NCBI GenBank assembly: GCA_009103225.1
Contig: RHPI01002090.1
Span: 1,721,932 to 1,785,931, forward strand
Direction: 5' to 3'
Source: Chlorokybus atmophyticus
Taxonomy: Eukaryota > Plantae > Mesostigma and Chlorokybus algae
DNA length: 64,000 nucleotides
Part shown: piece after piece, positions 63,610-64,000 of the stretch
Layout: each line of letters begins with the position of its first letter
Position numbering within the stretch: the stretch's first letter is position 1
Notes under the pieces: model-generated
The model's input: only the letters and a program-made list of their open reading frames with translations
The model's database searches: none
Told to the model about the DNA's origin: nothing
Program-made: the position numbers and the translations under genes

Positions 63610-64000
63610 TACGGGACGACGCGCTGACCAACTCGAAGCGCCTGGGCAGAGTGAACTCCATTGATTTGAGTCCGAATTGAGTAGCTTCAAAGCAGCCGCA
63701 ACACAATCATTGCTTTGCTAGTTGTGCTTTTTCGCCTTTTTGGGCATTGTTTGTGCATTTGTAAATCACAGTGTACCTTACACAATCCTGGCATAGTGAT
63801 TGGGCTTGAACCCAAGCACGCATGCGAGGTGATTGAGGTGGACCATGGCGCATTCTGGTGCCGGCGTGTTGAAGTGATTTGGCCTGCTGCTGCGTGTGAG
63901 CCAGCTTGCCATGCATGCCGATCGACTAGATCGGTGGATTAAGCAGTAGTGTGTGACACGACATTGTGGTTGTAGAAGCATGCGAGAGACAGCGGTTGCT

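Noticed and set aside
63404-63706. Gly-rich minus-strand ORF upstream of NAR1
   Set aside because: It is driven by a GCC/GGC repeat and has no recognisable domain. More likely UTR/promoter sequence or the start of a gene not resolvable in this window.
1-64000. rRNA, full tRNA genes, CRISPR arrays, prokaryotic operons
   Set aside because: None seen. The tRNA-like motifs are only B-box fragments inside the TRIMs, and the sequence is clearly eukaryotic.

Overview
Eukaryotic nuclear DNA, about 50% GC, with many short spliceosomal introns. It most likely comes from a flagellate-producing green alga. The euAP2, DUF627, NLP-type RWP-RK and HCAR genes point to an early streptophyte (Chlorokybus/Mesostigma-like), but that assignment is inference. 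Roughly 1-22.5 kb is a decayed transposon block built as a nested stack. A 100-bp-LTR TRIM contains a minus-strand Ty3/gypsy chromovirus (TSD GGTGC). That element contains a 1.5-kb TIR element (2-bp TSD) and a second, plus-strand copy of the same chromovirus family (TSD TCAAT). The 3' LTR of the second copy holds another TRIM (TSD AAGGG). From 22.9 to 63.2 kb there are intron-rich genes: an amino-acid transporter, an RWP-RK protein with two C-terminal RING fingers, SCLT1-like and BBOF1 basal-body genes, a DUF627-only protein, a catalytically degenerate MenA/UbiA-like protein, a double-AP2 (euAP2) factor, HCAR head-to-head with a plastid CAAX protease, and NAR1/CIAO3. The most notable candidates are the RWP-RK-RING-RING fusion, a Dam-methyltransferase-like remnant between gag and protease in the chromovirus, and tRNA B-box-like motifs just downstream of the PBS in both TRIMs. 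All protein identities come from motif recognition by eye, not database searches, and exon boundaries are manual.
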